From NCBI GenBank assembly GCA_902624465.1, contig CACNXP010000001.1, positions 31,115 to 95,114 on the forward strand: 64,000 bases of DNA, given 5' to 3'. Position 1 is the stretch's first letter. Each line of letters starts with the position of its first letter. The notes below the pieces were generated by a model that had not been told where the DNA came from, did not search any database, and was given only the letters and a program-made list of their open reading frames with translations. Positions 9,855-20,219 of this stretch are shown here, piece after piece. Position numbers and translations under genes: made by a program. This stretch comes from an uncultured Pelagibacteraceae bacterium. GTDB lineage: Bacteria; Pseudomonadota; Alphaproteobacteria; Pelagibacterales; Pelagibacteraceae.

Positions 9855-11389
9855 TAAAAAGGATAAGAGCAGCTTTAATTTCTGTTTCAGATAAGTCAAA
9901 CTTAAAACCATTATTACAAACTTTAAGCAGGTATAATGTTAAACTTATTAGTTCAGGGGGTACATTTAAAGCAATTAGAAAATTAGGTTATCGATGCCTT
10001 GAGGTTTCTGAATATACTGGTTTTAATGAAATTCTTGATGGACGAGTTAAAACACTTCATCCCAAAATTCATGCAGGAATCTTAAATAAAAGAAGCAATA
10101 ATTCTCACAAAAGAGAAATAAAAAAAAATAATTTCCAAAATATTGATTTGGTTATAGTCAACTTTTATCCATTTGAAAAAACTTTAAACACAATAAAAAA
10201 TCACAATAAAATAATTGAACAAATTGATATTGGTGGTCCTGCCTTAGTAAGAAGTGCTGCAAAAAATTACAATGACGTTGCAGTAATAACATCTATCAAA
10301 CAATATTCAACATTGATGGATCAGTTAAAAAGATTTAAGGGTGGAACAAAATTAGAATTTAGAAAAAAGTTATCTCACTCAGCTTTTAATGAAACAGCAT
10401 ATTATGACTCGATAATTTCAGATTACTTCAATTCAGTCTCAAGTGAAAATTTTACAGAAAAAAAAATTATTTATGGAAACCTAATCGAGAAATTAAGATA
10501 TGGGGAAAATCCTCACCAAATATCTGCTATTTACTCTAAAAATAAGGATTTCAAATTAAAAAAAATTCATGGAAAACAATTAAGCTATAACAATTACAAT
10601 GATATTTTTTCTGCTTTAACAATATCCAAAAGTCTACCAAAAAATATAGGCACTGTAATTATCAAACATGCTAACCCTTGTGGAGTTTCTATTTTAAAGG
10701 ACAAAGTAAGCAGTTATAAATCTGCATTTGAATGTGATCCTGTAAGCGCATTTGGAGGTATTGTCTCTTGCAATTTTAAAATTAATAAAAGTTTAGCTGT
10801 TGAATTGAACAAAACTTTTTTAGAAGTAATTATTGCAAATGGTTTTGAAACAAGTGCCCTTAAATTACTAAAATCCAAAAAGAATGTTAGAATTATAGAT
10901 TCGACAAACTTTAACTTTGATGATGTTCTTCGAATGAATTCAGTATCAGACACGATGTTAATTCAATCCCAAGATGATCTTGTTTTTAAGAAAAAAGATT
11001 TCAAAGTTGTTTCAAAGAAAAAGCCAAACAAAATACAATTTGAAAATTTATTATTTGCATTCAATATTTCCCGTCATGTTAAATCTAATGCTATTGTACT
11101 CGTTGGTGATAAAACAACAGTTGGTATCGGATCCGGACAACCTAGTAGGCTTGATAGCTGTGAAATTGCAATAAATAAAATGAGAAAGTTCAAAAAAGAT
11201 GAAAAAGAAATTGTTGCTGCATCTGATGCTTTTTTTCCATTTGTTGATGGTATTGAAAAATTAATTCAATCGGGTGTTTCTGCTGTAATCCAACCCAAAG
11301 GATCAATCAGAGATAAAGAAATTATAAAGTTTGCAGATAAAACTGATACTATTTTAATTTTTTCTAAAACAAGACATTTTAGACATTAA
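9833..11389 (+). CDS. purH: Bifunctional AICAR formyltransferase / IMP cyclohydrolase
   Basis: ALISVSDK, GRVKTLHP, LRYGENPHQ, KHANPCG, SDAFFPF and RHFRH motifs. Confidence 0.97.
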   Translation: MANKKNIVKRIRAALISVSDKSNLKPLLQTLSRYNVKLISSGGTFKAIRKLGYRCLEVSEYTGFNEILDGRVKTLHPKIHAGILNKRSNNSHKREIKKNNFQNIDLVIVNFYPFEKTLNTIKNHNKIIEQIDIGGPALVRSAAKNYNDVAVITSIKQYSTLMDQLKRFKGGTKLEFRKKLSHSAFNETAYYDSIISDYFNSVSSENFTEKKIIYGNLIEKLRYGENPHQISAIYSKNKDFKLKKIHGKQLSYNNYNDIFSALTISKSLPKNIGTVIIKHANPCGVSILKDKVSSYKSAFECDPVSAFGGIVSCNFKINKSLAVELNKTFLEVIIANGFETSALKLLKSKKNVRIIDSTNFNFDDVLRMNSVSDTMLIQSQDDLVFKKKDFKVVSKKKPNKIQFENLLFAFNISRHVKSNAIVLVGDKTTVGIGSGQPSRLDSCEIAINKMRKFKKDEKEIVAASDAFFPFVDGIEKLIQSGVSAVIQPKGSIRDKEIIKFADKTDTILIFSKTRHFRH

Positions 11390-11721
11390 ATCTTGTCAAT
11401 CTTTGAAGCTAAGATGAAATCATTTTCAGATAATCCTTCAATCGCGTGAGTTGAAATATTTATTTTTGCATAACCCCATCCAAATAAAATTTCAGGGTGA
11501 TGACCTTCCTCCTCAGATATTCTACCTACTTCATTTACAAATTTTTGACTCTCAACAAAGTTTTTAAATGTAAATTTTTTTTCTAAAAAATATATATTTT
11601 TCTCATTTTTAATAACATCCCATCCATCAATTTTTTTTTGATATTTATGTATTTCACTTATATCAAGTGCAGGTACACCACCTTCACAAGGAACACATTT
11701 TTTATCGAATAGTTCACTCAT
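11386..11721 (-). CDS. phhB: Pterin-4-alpha-carbinolamine dehydratase
   Basis: CVPCEGG, EGHHPEI and THAIEGLSENDFILASKID motifs. Confidence 0.92.
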   Translation of the reverse strand: MSELFDKKCVPCEGGVPALDISEIHKYQKKIDGWDVIKNEKNIYFLEKKFTFKNFVESQKFVNEVGRISEEEGHHPEILFGWGYAKINISTHAIEGLSENDFILASKIDKI

Positions 11722-11770
11722 TTAATTTATATCCTCATCTAAATAAATTTTTTATTGCATTTATTTAAAA

Positions 11771-11845
11771 TGGAGCGGGCAAAGGGGATCGAACCCTCGA
11801 CCTTCTCGTTGGCAACGAGACGCTCTACCACTGAGCTACGCCCGC
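11771..11845 (-). tRNA. tRNA-Gly(GCC)
   Basis: Reverse complement GCGGGCGTAGCTCAGTGGTAGAGCGTCTCGTTGCCAACGAGAAGGTCGAGGGTTCGATCCCCTTTGCCCGCTCCA folds as a cloverleaf with GCC anticodon and encoded CCA. Confidence 0.97.
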
Positions 11846-11969
11846 AAAGTATTTATTCTTAAATTAGTAGTTTTTTAAAAATTAAGCAATAGCCAAAATG
11901 ACAAAATTTATTTTAAACTAGGCTTAGAGTGTGTCATAAATTAATTTAAATTATAAATTTAAAAATTAT

Positions 11970-12647
11970 ATGAATAACAAAAAATTTAGTGAATTCTTCG
12001 AAAGTATTAAAGATAAATTAGGAATTAGGAAAACATCTTTTACTAAAATTTTTCAATATTTGGACAATATCAAGGGACCAATAAATATTGTTGAAACAGG
12101 TTGTCTTAGGATTAAAGATAATTTTGAGGGTGATGGGCAAAGCACCTTACTCTTTGATAAATATACTCAATTTAGGGAAGAAAAGTCAAAAGTTTACACT
12201 GTAGATATAAACCCTAGAGCCACGAAGGTTTGTGGGTCTGTGGTAAGTGATAATGTTGAAATACATACTGGAGATAGTGTCAAATATTTAAATGAACTTT
12301 TACCAAAATTAAAAAAGGAAAACCAAAAAATTTCTTTGTTTTATCTAGACTCATTTGATGTTGATTGGCAATCATCTGATAGATCGGCAGCTCATCATTT
12401 AAAAGAGATAACAGCAATAATTAATTATATATCTGAGGAAACATTAATTGTAATTGATGATGCGCCAATACTTGCTCCTATGAAGATTGAGGATGAAAAA
12501 ATGTCTTTAATAACAGAACATCCCGCGCCAAAGCCATTTGTGGGAGGTAAAGGTTACTTAGTAAACGAATTTGCTTATGCTAATAATGCTACATTGTATT
12601 TTTCAAATTATCAAACAGCATGGTTTAATTTTAAAAAGAAATTATAA
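11970..12647 (+). CDS. Putative class I SAM-dependent methyltransferase
   Basis: IVETGCLR (motif I-like), VDINP, GDSV, FYLDSFD and VIDD segments. Confidence 0.7.
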   Translation: MNNKKFSEFFESIKDKLGIRKTSFTKIFQYLDNIKGPINIVETGCLRIKDNFEGDGQSTLLFDKYTQFREEKSKVYTVDINPRATKVCGSVVSDNVEIHTGDSVKYLNELLPKLKKENQKISLFYLDSFDVDWQSSDRSAAHHLKEITAIINYISEETLIVIDDAPILAPMKIEDEKMSLITEHPAPKPFVGGKGYLVNEFAYANNATLYFSNYQTAWFNFKKKL

Positions 12648-12711
12648 AAAATTTAATATAGTGTGTCATTTTTTTTAATTAATGAAATAGTAGTTATGGT
12701 ATGATTTTCTT

Positions 12712-13356
12712 ATGAAAAAAGAAGATTTACCAAAAATAATACCAGTTTTTCCGTTAAGTAATTTTATCATTTTTCCAAGAACTACTGTTCCATTAAATAT
12801 ATTTGAGCCAAGATATGTCGATATGATTAATGATAGTATGAAGTCAAACAAGCTCATTGGGATGATACAACCCAAAAATTCAAAAAAAAGTGAAGTTGCC
12901 CCTGAATTATATGACATTGGATGTATGGGCAAAATTACAAGTTTTAAGGAAAATGATAATGGTCAATTTTTGATAGAACTGAAAGGTGTAATCAGATTTC
13001 AAAAAATAAATGAGGTAAAATCAAATAAAAAATACAGGGAATGCACTATAGATTTCAATAATTTTTATGAAGATCTAAGTTATCAGAGTGAAAATCTACA
13101 ATTTTCTGATTTAAAATTAATATTTAAAGATTTGAAAAATCTTTTTGAAAAACGAGGATTTATTATTAATTGGAAAGGATTAGAAAAACAAAGTTTAGAT
13201 GAAACAATAAATGCTCTCGCAATGGCATCTCCTTTTACATTAGAAGAAAAACAAATTTTATTAGAAGCTAAAAATTTAGAACTTAGAAAAACTAAAATTT
13301 CAGAAATTTTAACTACATATTCTTTTGACAATTATAATAATACAACTGTCCAGTAA
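12712..13356 (+). CDS. LON peptidase substrate-binding (N-terminal) domain protein
   Basis: IPVFPL, VPLNIFEPRYVDMI, IGMIQP and EKQILLEA motifs. Confidence 0.92.
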   Translation: MKKEDLPKIIPVFPLSNFIIFPRTTVPLNIFEPRYVDMINDSMKSNKLIGMIQPKNSKKSEVAPELYDIGCMGKITSFKENDNGQFLIELKGVIRFQKINEVKSNKKYRECTIDFNNFYEDLSYQSENLQFSDLKLIFKDLKNLFEKRGFIINWKGLEKQSLDETINALAMASPFTLEEKQILLEAKNLELRKTKISEILTTYSFDNYNNTTVQ

Positions 13357-13358
13357 TA

Positions 13359-14429
13359 CTAAATTTCAAAACCTTTGTTAGCTATATTTTTAAAAGATCT
13401 ATTTAGAAATTTATTTCTTCCAATAAGTCTTACTGATTTACTAAGAATATTATTATCCATTTTACTTTCAAGATTAAAAAATTCGTAGACAAAATCAATT
13501 CCACTAGAGAATAAATAGTTTTTATGTCTAGTCTTATTTTGAAATTCCTCACAAATTGAGTTATCTAATTCTAATCCATTCTTTAACTTAAATTCAATTA
13601 ATTTACTTAAATCTCGAATATCTCTTATAGTCATATTAAAACCTTGACCAGCTAAAGGATGGAGACGATGCAATAAATCGCCAAAAGCTAAAATATTTTT
13701 ATGATAATAAGTTCTCAAATTTGAGGATTTCAACTCAAAAAAATTGCTAGTGCCAAAATTTGTAATTGAATATTTAGTATTATATTTTTTAATTAACTCT
13801 ATTAAATTAATATTTTTTTTACCTTTGATTGAATAAACAACAGAAGTTTCTAACTCAGATAATGGTAAAAATGCCAAAGGTCCATTTTTTGTAAATATTT
13901 GAGATGCTGAATCATTTTTAATTTTTTTATGTTTTAAAATTGTAGTATACGCAAAACTATCATATTTTTTTTTTAAGCTTCTTGCAAAAAACTTTTTTGA
14001 AAAATAATTATTATTTTCACAATTAATTATTAACTTATATTTTTTTAAATCTGTAAGTTTATAATTGAAATTATTTTTAAGTTTGCATAATTTTTCTTTT
14101 TTTAAACTTGTGAATAATTTGCTTTGTAATTGATAATTTCTAATTATAGCAAAGAGGGTCTTATTGTTATTTTCAAAGTTTAAAATTTTTTCATTTCTTA
14201 GATTATCCGAATAAATTTCAATTTTCTTTATATCCCACAATAATTTTTTGATATCTAGTATTTCTTTATTGAAATATATTAAATTATAATTTGATATACC
14301 AATTGTTCGACTTTTATTGATATCTAAATTTTTTTTACTTAAAAAAATATCAACAGAAAGTCCTTTTTTAATTAAAGATTTTGCTAGACTCAATCCAGTT
14401 AATCCACCACCTAGAATACAAAGTTTCAT
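13359..14429 (-). CDS. UbiH/UbiL-family FAD-dependent hydroxylase (ubiquinone biosynthesis)
   Basis: ILGGGLTG FAD-binding motif, GPLAFLP and HPLAGQGFN; start set at MKLCILGGG. Confidence 0.85.
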   Translation of the reverse strand: MKLCILGGGLTGLSLAKSLIKKGLSVDIFLSKKNLDINKSRTIGISNYNLIYFNKEILDIKKLLWDIKKIEIYSDNLRNEKILNFENNNKTLFAIIRNYQLQSKLFTSLKKEKLCKLKNNFNYKLTDLKKYKLIINCENNNYFSKKFFARSLKKKYDSFAYTTILKHKKIKNDSASQIFTKNGPLAFLPLSELETSVVYSIKGKKNINLIELIKKYNTKYSITNFGTSNFFELKSSNLRTYYHKNILAFGDLLHRLHPLAGQGFNMTIRDIRDLSKLIEFKLKNGLELDNSICEEFQNKTRHKNYLFSSGIDFVYEFFNLESKMDNNILSKSVRLIGRNKFLNRSFKNIANKGFEI

Positions 14430-14493
14430 ATTAATTTTTAATTTTAACAATAAAAATTAGATGATACAAAGTGGTAAATTTGATTCATCTTAT

Positions 14494-16581
14494 ATGGATA
14501 TAAAAAAACTTTCAAATACAGCACTCACGTACATAACAAATAGATTAATAGAAATTTTTGGTATTTTTGTTCTTATAATGGGAGTTTTAATTTTAATTGC
14601 CTTAGTATCATATTCTCCAGAGGACCCGAATTTTATTTTCCCAGAAAATACTATTATTCAAAATGTATTAGGTTATCAAGGTAGTGTTACTTCAGACTTT
14701 ATTTTCCAATCTATAGGCTTAATAGGTTACTTATTACCTATTACTTATATCTTCACAGGTTTAAATATTTTTAGAAAAAAAGAAATTTTAGTTGTTATAG
14801 AAAATACTTTTTTTGTTACAATTTACGCATTGTTTGGATCCTTATTTTTCTCAAAATTTTATTCTGAAAATTTTACACTTTATGTTAATGGAAGCGGTGG
14901 GTTTGTTGGTAATTATTTATCAGAAAACTTTTTCGCTAATTTATTGAGTCAATATGAAGATTTTTCATACTATATACTTATTCTATTCACTCTTCTCTTT
15001 TTTATTTTAAGTATAAATTTTAATATAAAAAATTTTATTTTAAGTATTAAAAAAATATCAGATTTTATATTTAGAAAAAATTCTAAAAACTATACAAGCA
15101 AAGATGAGCTTATAAATGAATTTATTCCTCAAGATGAAATTAAAGATATTATACAGGAAGATTTACCATTTATTAAAGCTGAAAGTAGTAGGTCCTCAAA
15201 AACTAGATTTTCTCTTCCGTCAATCGATCTATTAAAAACTCCAACAAAAGGAGAAAGAGAAAACATTAATAAAAATGAAAGTAATAATCCAGAATTTTTA
15301 GAAAAAATTCTTTTAGATTTTGGTGTTGATGGAAAAATTAAAAAAGTTAGTCATGGTCCTGTTGTTACTTTAAATGAATTTGAACCCGCTGCGGGTATCA
15401 AAGTTTCTAAAATAATTAATCTATCTGATGACATTGCAAGAAATACTAGCTCAGAGTCAGCACGTATAGCAACTATTCCGGGAAGCAATACCATAGGTAT
15501 AGAACTTCCAAATTTAAATAGAGAGAATGTATATCTCAGTGAAATTCTAGATAATTCAAACTTTAAAAAGAAAGAAATTAAATTACCAATTGCTCTAGGA
15601 AAAAATATTTCTGGCATTCCAATAATCGGAGACTTGTCTGTAATGCCTCATTTGCTTATTGCTGGTACTACAGGCTCAGGAAAATCTGTTTGTATTAATA
15701 CAATTATTTTGTCTCTTCTTTACAAACATACTCCAGAAAGATGTAAATTTATTTTAATTGATCCTAAAATGTTAGAGCTTTCTACTTACGAAGGTATTCC
15801 ACATCTACTTTGTCCGGTTATTACAGAAGCCAAAAAAGCTGCATCGGTTCTCGGATGGGTAGTTAAAGAAATGGAAAGTAGATATAGACTGATGACCAAA
15901 GAGGGAGTTAGGAATATTGATAGCTATAATTCAAAACATAAACTACCAATGCCATACATTGTAGTAGTAGTTGATGAAATGTCTGATTTGATGTTGGTAG
16001 CAGGAAAGGAAATTGAAAATTATATTCAAAAATTATCACAAATGGCCAGAGCTGCTGGAATTCATATTATTATGGCCACTCAAAGACCAAGTGTTGATGT
16101 GATAACAGGTACCATTAAAGCAAATTTTCCAACCAGAATTTCTTTCCAAGTCACCTCTAAAATAGATAGTAGAACAATTTTAGGTGAACAAGGAGCTGAG
16201 CAATTATTAGGTAAAGGGGATATGCTATATATGTCATCTGCAAATAAAATTGTAAGAATTCATGCTCCATTTGTCTCAGATACTGAAATAGAAAAAATTA
16301 ATAACTTTTTAAGGTCTCAAGCAGAACCTGACTATGTAGATGAAATCCTTAATTTTGCTGATGAAAAGGAATTGAATGAATCAAAAAATCAAGGTGAAAA
16401 AGATGAATTATATCATACTGCTATTGAAATAATTAAAACAGAGGGAAAAGCTTCAACTTCATTTTTACAAAGAAAGCTTCAAATTGGTTATAATCGCGCT
16501 GCAAGAATAATTGATATGATGGAGGCTGAGGGAATAGTTAGTAAAGCAAATCATGTTGGAAAAAGAGATGTTCTCAAATGA
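14494..16581 (+). CDS. ftsK: DNA translocase FtsK
   Basis: N-terminal TM region, MPHLLIAGTTGSGKS Walker A, ATQRPSVDVITG and gamma-domain LQRKLQIGYNRAAR; start could be 14461. Confidence 0.96.
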   Translation: MDIKKLSNTALTYITNRLIEIFGIFVLIMGVLILIALVSYSPEDPNFIFPENTIIQNVLGYQGSVTSDFIFQSIGLIGYLLPITYIFTGLNIFRKKEILVVIENTFFVTIYALFGSLFFSKFYSENFTLYVNGSGGFVGNYLSENFFANLLSQYEDFSYYILILFTLLFFILSINFNIKNFILSIKKISDFIFRKNSKNYTSKDELINEFIPQDEIKDIIQEDLPFIKAESSRSSKTRFSLPSIDLLKTPTKGERENINKNESNNPEFLEKILLDFGVDGKIKKVSHGPVVTLNEFEPAAGIKVSKIINLSDDIARNTSSESARIATIPGSNTIGIELPNLNRENVYLSEILDNSNFKKKEIKLPIALGKNISGIPIIGDLSVMPHLLIAGTTGSGKSVCINTIILSLLYKHTPERCKFILIDPKMLELSTYEGIPHLLCPVITEAKKAASVLGWVVKEMESRYRLMTKEGVRNIDSYNSKHKLPMPYIVVVVDEMSDLMLVAGKEIENYIQKLSQMARAAGIHIIMATQRPSVDVITGTIKANFPTRISFQVTSKIDSRTILGEQGAEQLLGKGDMLYMSSANKIVRIHAPFVSDTEIEKINNFLRSQAEPDYVDEILNFADEKELNESKNQGEKDELYHTAIEIIKTEGKASTSFLQRKLQIGYNRAARIIDMMEAEGIVSKANHVGKRDVLK

Positions 16582-17126
16582 AAAAATTGCTTTTTGTCTT
16601 AATTTATTTTTCAATAATTTATAGTGTCTCAGCATCAGTAAAAGAAAATATAATTGAAAAATTCACGAATATTGAAAATGTATCATTCGACTTTGAGCAA
16701 AATATTAATGGCAAAATTGAAAATGGAAACTGTGTAGTTGAATATCCAAAAAAAATTTATTGTAAATACAATTTAAGCAATCAAAAAGTTTTAGTTGCAG
16801 ATGGAAAATCACTAGTTATTAAGACATTGAGTAGTTATTACTTTTATCCACTTGAAAAAACCCCACTAGATACGATACTTGATAAGGATTATTTGTTAAA
16901 AAAAATAGCAAATTTAGATCAAAGAAATGTAGATGAAGATTTTATAAACTTCAATTTTGTAGAAAATGAAAATGAGATAAATCTATTTTTTGATAAGAAA
17001 ACTTACAACTTGATTGGGTGGCAAACAATAGATGTTTATCAAAATGTGAGTATTACCTATCTTTCTTCCATTAAAAGAAATCAAAAATTGAAAAAAGAAA
17101 TATTTAAACTTCCTCAACAAAACTAA
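16578..17126 (+). CDS. lolA: Outer-membrane lipoprotein carrier LolA-like protein
   Basis: Signal peptide, FDFEQ, LVADGK and YPLEKTPL segments; directly after ftsK. Confidence 0.82.
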   Translation: MKKLLFVLIYFSIIYSVSASVKENIIEKFTNIENVSFDFEQNINGKIENGNCVVEYPKKIYCKYNLSNQKVLVADGKSLVIKTLSSYYFYPLEKTPLDTILDKDYLLKKIANLDQRNVDEDFINFNFVENENEINLFFDKKTYNLIGWQTIDVYQNVSITYLSSIKRNQKLKKEIFKLPQQN

Positions 17127-17127
17127 T

Positions 17128-17631
17128 TTAAATTACTACAGTTTCTGTCTTAAAAACCTTCATACCTCTAGCAATGTAATTATTTAATGCATTTTTATGA
17201 TCTAATGAACATGTATGAACCCAAACTCTCTTGGGTTTTTCTTTAAAGGAATTTTTAATTGCAGCTGATAATAAATATGAACCTAATTTTTTATTTTGGT
17301 ATTCCTCCAACAAACCCAAATAGGCTATCTCGACCTCCTTTTTATCTGCATGCAAGATTAATTCAAAATAACCTGCCAGCTCATCCTTATCTTTTAATAC
17401 ATATGTTTTAACTTTTTTATCAGAAACATAGTCTAACCATTGTTTTTCACTCCACACCAATCGGTCTACCCAATGATGACTTTTGCCAATATTTTTGTAA
17501 AAAAATTTATTTAATTGAAAATCGACAGGATCAATTAAATTTATAGAATAATGGTCTGATAAGTTAGAGGAGTCCTTCAAATCCTCTAAATAAGATATTT
17601 CTAAATAATTTCTCTCTACTTTTTTATTCAC
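17128..17631 (-). CDS. GNAT family N-acetyltransferase
   Basis: YLGLLEEYQNKKLGSYLL acetyl-CoA motif and VWVHTCSLDH. Confidence 0.88.
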   Translation of the reverse strand: MNKKVERNYLEISYLEDLKDSSNLSDHYSINLIDPVDFQLNKFFYKNIGKSHHWVDRLVWSEKQWLDYVSDKKVKTYVLKDKDELAGYFELILHADKKEVEIAYLGLLEEYQNKKLGSYLLSAAIKNSFKEKPKRVWVHTCSLDHKNALNNYIARGMKVFKTETVVI

Positions 17632-17993
17632 TGCACCATCTTACCAACTGGTTCACCACCAAATAAGTGAAAATGAAGATGAGGCACTTCTTGACCGCCA
17701 TGCTCATTTATATTTGCTAAGGCTCTATATCCTTTACCTGTATCGACTGAAATACCAAGTTTCTTTGCTACTTTATTGATGCCTTTTAATAATCCTACCA
17801 TCTCATCTGATGAAGCATTGTTGCTAAAATCATCCAAATCTATGTATTTTCCTTTTGGTATAACTAATGCATGAATTTTTTTTTGAGGATTTATATCGTG
17901 AAAAGATAATACAAACTCATCTTCGTAAATTTTTTTACAAGGAATTTCACCTCTTAAAATTTTTGCAAAAATGTTATTGTCATTGTAGGTCAT
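17628..17993 (-). CDS. Histidine triad (HIT) nucleotide-binding protein
   Basis: NIFAKILRGEIP and GQEVPHLHFHL motifs. Confidence 0.95.
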   Translation of the reverse strand: MTYNDNNIFAKILRGEIPCKKIYEDEFVLSFHDINPQKKIHALVIPKGKYIDLDDFSNNASSDEMVGLLKGINKVAKKLGISVDTGKGYRALANINEHGGQEVPHLHFHLFGGEPVGKMVQ

Positions 17994-18334
17994 TGCAAAA
18001 CTTCAATCTCTTCATTTATACTTGTTATTTTTCCACCTTTTAGATTTGCATCAACAATTGCACATTCGTAATATGCAAAAGATGTTTCTTCTGCTATTTG
18101 TTTCATTTCTAAACATTTCGATTTATTCTTAACCAATAAATGTTCATTTAATTGAGGAGGATCACCCAAATACATCATTAGAGCTATAACTTCACCTTGT
18201 CTTTCAAAATCAGATGCTTCCTCTAATTGAGTAACCCTGTCAGTAACACCTATCTCAAAATCAGTAAAAGCAACATAACCCTTATAAAGTCCATAACAAA
18301 TTAATAAAATAACAATATATTTTATTTTACTCAT
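17990..18334 (-). CDS. Hypothetical membrane-anchored protein
   Basis: 114-aa ORF overlapping hisE and HIT; N-terminal hydrophobic helix. Confidence 0.7.
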   Translation of the reverse strand: MSKIKYIVILLICYGLYKGYVAFTDFEIGVTDRVTQLEEASDFERQGEVIALMMYLGDPPQLNEHLLVKNKSKCLEMKQIAEETSFAYYECAIVDANLKGGKITSINEEIEVLQ

Positions 18335-18608
18335 CAGATTTTTTTCTTTTTTCTAACTCACTTTCAATATCTTCAATCTTAATATTATGTGCCTCAAGAT
18401 ATATTATCAAATGATAAAATACATCAGCGGCTTCATGTATTTTATTGGTATCTTTATCTACAGCCTCAATTAGTTCATTTATTTCCTCTAGAACTTTTGA
18501 TTTACTAAGCAATTTATCTGATAGTAATTTATTAGTATAAGACCCATCAACTGGTCTTTGTTTTCTTTCACGCGCAAGTTTAAATAGGTTTTCTAGTGAG
18601 CTTAACAT
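18327..18608 (-). CDS. hisE: Phosphoribosyl-ATP pyrophosphatase
   Basis: GSYTNKLL, KVLEEINE and HEAADVFYHL motifs; start set at MLSSLENL, just after the hisF stop. Confidence 0.93.
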   Translation of the reverse strand: MLSSLENLFKLARERKQRPVDGSYTNKLLSDKLLSKSKVLEEINELIEAVDKDTNKIHEAADVFYHLIIYLEAHNIKIEDIESELEKRKKSDE

Positions 18609-18609
18609 T

Positions 18610-19365
18610 CTAAATTCTAACAGGAATTCCTTTTGAGTCCAAATATTCCTTGGCCTCTTGTACTGAATGTTTTCCATAATGAAATATTGAGGCTGCTAAT
18701 ACTGCACTTGCATTTCCTAACTTAATTCCATCAACCAAATGATCTAGGTTACCAACACCTCCAGAAGCAATTAAAGGTATATTTACTCTTGATGAAATTT
18801 TCCTCATTAAATCAACGTCATAACCTATTTGTGTTCCATCTCTATCCATCGAGGTTACAAGTAATTCTCCTGCCCCATTATCCTCCATTTTTTTGGCATA
18901 CTCCAAAGCATCAAGACCACTATTGTTTCTCCCTCCATGGGTAAATATTTCCCACTTATCGCCATTCTTCTTTGCATCAATTGCAACAACAATACATTGT
19001 GAACCAAACTTTTTTGAACTATCTAAAACAACTTTTGGATTTTCAACAGCAGCAGTATTTATAGAAACTTTATCTGCACCACAATTTAATAATTTACTGA
19101 TATCATCTGTACTTCTTACTCCCCCACCGACAGTTAAAGGAACAAAGCATTTTTTTGATGTTTTCTCAACTACCTCATAAATTGTACCTCTATTTTCGTT
19201 TGAAGCAGTAATATCTAAAAAACAAATTTCGTCTGCTCCGCCATCGGAATAAATTTTGGCTTGTTCAACTGGATCCCCAGCGTCTTTCAAATCAACGAAA
19301 TTAATACCTTTAACTACACGTCCATTCTTGACATCTAAACAAGGAATAATTCTATTTTTAAGCAT
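18610..19365 (-). CDS. hisF: Imidazole glycerol phosphate synthase subunit HisF
   Basis: [23 protein letters not shown] and TSMDRDGT motifs. Confidence 0.97.
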   Translation of the reverse strand: MLKNRIIPCLDVKNGRVVKGINFVDLKDAGDPVEQAKIYSDGGADEICFLDITASNENRGTIYEVVEKTSKKCFVPLTVGGGVRSTDDISKLLNCGADKVSINTAAVENPKVVLDSSKKFGSQCIVVAIDAKKNGDKWEIFTHGGRNNSGLDALEYAKKMEDNGAGELLVTSMDRDGTQIGYDVDLMRKISSRVNIPLIASGGVGNLDHLVDGIKLGNASAVLAASIFHYGKHSVQEAKEYLDSKGIPVRI

Positions 19366-20074
19366 CTTCTTTTACCAGATCCTCTAACTTTATATCCCCA
19401 TCATAAATAGCTTTGCCAACTATTATACCCTCAATATTTTTTAAAGTTTTGGCTTTTTTAATGTCATCTATTGATGAAACACCACCAGAAATAATTACAG
19501 GACAATTTGATTTGTCTGCAACTTTTGAAGTCTCTTCAAAATTTGGGCTTTGCTTCATACCATCTCGGTTGATATCTGTATAAATAAGTCTGCTAACACC
19601 ATAATCATTTACTTCTTTTAAATAATCTAAAGTTAATTGATTAGAATTTTCCTTCCAACCAGATACTGATAAAAATCCATCTTTAGCATCCAAACCTAAG
19701 GCAATTTTATTTGGAAATTTTTCGCACGCTTCTTTTAAAAAATTTTTATCTTTTATTGCAGCACTGCCTAAAATTACTTTTTCAACTCCAGCATCAGTAT
19801 ACTTTTGAATACTTTCAAAGTTTCTAACACCCCCACCAACCTCAATTTTGAGGTCAAATTTATTTACTATATCTTGGATGATATCTAAATTAGTGGTTTC
19901 GCCAGTTAAAGCTCCATCCAAATCAACTATATGTAAATTTTTAAAGCCATGATCTTTATATTTGCTAGCTTGTTCAGCTGGAGACATCTCATATTCAGTT
20001 TTATTATCAAAGTCTCCTTTTACTAACCTTACACATTTTTTATCTTTGATATCAATTGCTGGAAATATTTTCAT
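19358..20074 (-). CDS. hisA: ProFAR isomerase HisA
   Basis: [23 protein letters not shown] and TDINRDG motifs. Confidence 0.96.
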   Translation of the reverse strand: MKIFPAIDIKDKKCVRLVKGDFDNKTEYEMSPAEQASKYKDHGFKNLHIVDLDGALTGETTNLDIIQDIVNKFDLKIEVGGGVRNFESIQKYTDAGVEKVILGSAAIKDKNFLKEACEKFPNKIALGLDAKDGFLSVSGWKENSNQLTLDYLKEVNDYGVSRLIYTDINRDGMKQSPNFEETSKVADKSNCPVIISGGVSSIDDIKKAKTLKNIEGIIVGKAIYDGDIKLEDLVKEDA

Positions 20075-20214
20075 TTATTGGTTTTTAAGTTCGGTTCAAT
20101 TGAAATTGTAAATTCTTTTGTCGTATTTTTTTTCTCTATTTTTTCAACATTTTGAATATTTTGACATGAAGTAAGAAAGATATAACAAAAAATTATTATT
20201 GAAAATTTATTCAT
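20071..20214 (-). CDS. Small putative lipoprotein (47 aa), not in ORF track
   Basis: Manual translation [47 protein letters not shown]; LTSC lipobox; TGA overlaps hisA ATG. Confidence 0.7.
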   Translation of the reverse strand: MNKFSIIIFCYIFLTSCQNIQNVEKIEKKNTTKEFTISIEPNLKTNK

Positions 20215-20219
20215 CAAAT

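Noticed and set aside
11771-11845. tRNA-Gly as an integration site for a prophage or island
   Set aside because: No duplicated tRNA 3' end and no integrase; a core gene (phhB) lies directly downstream
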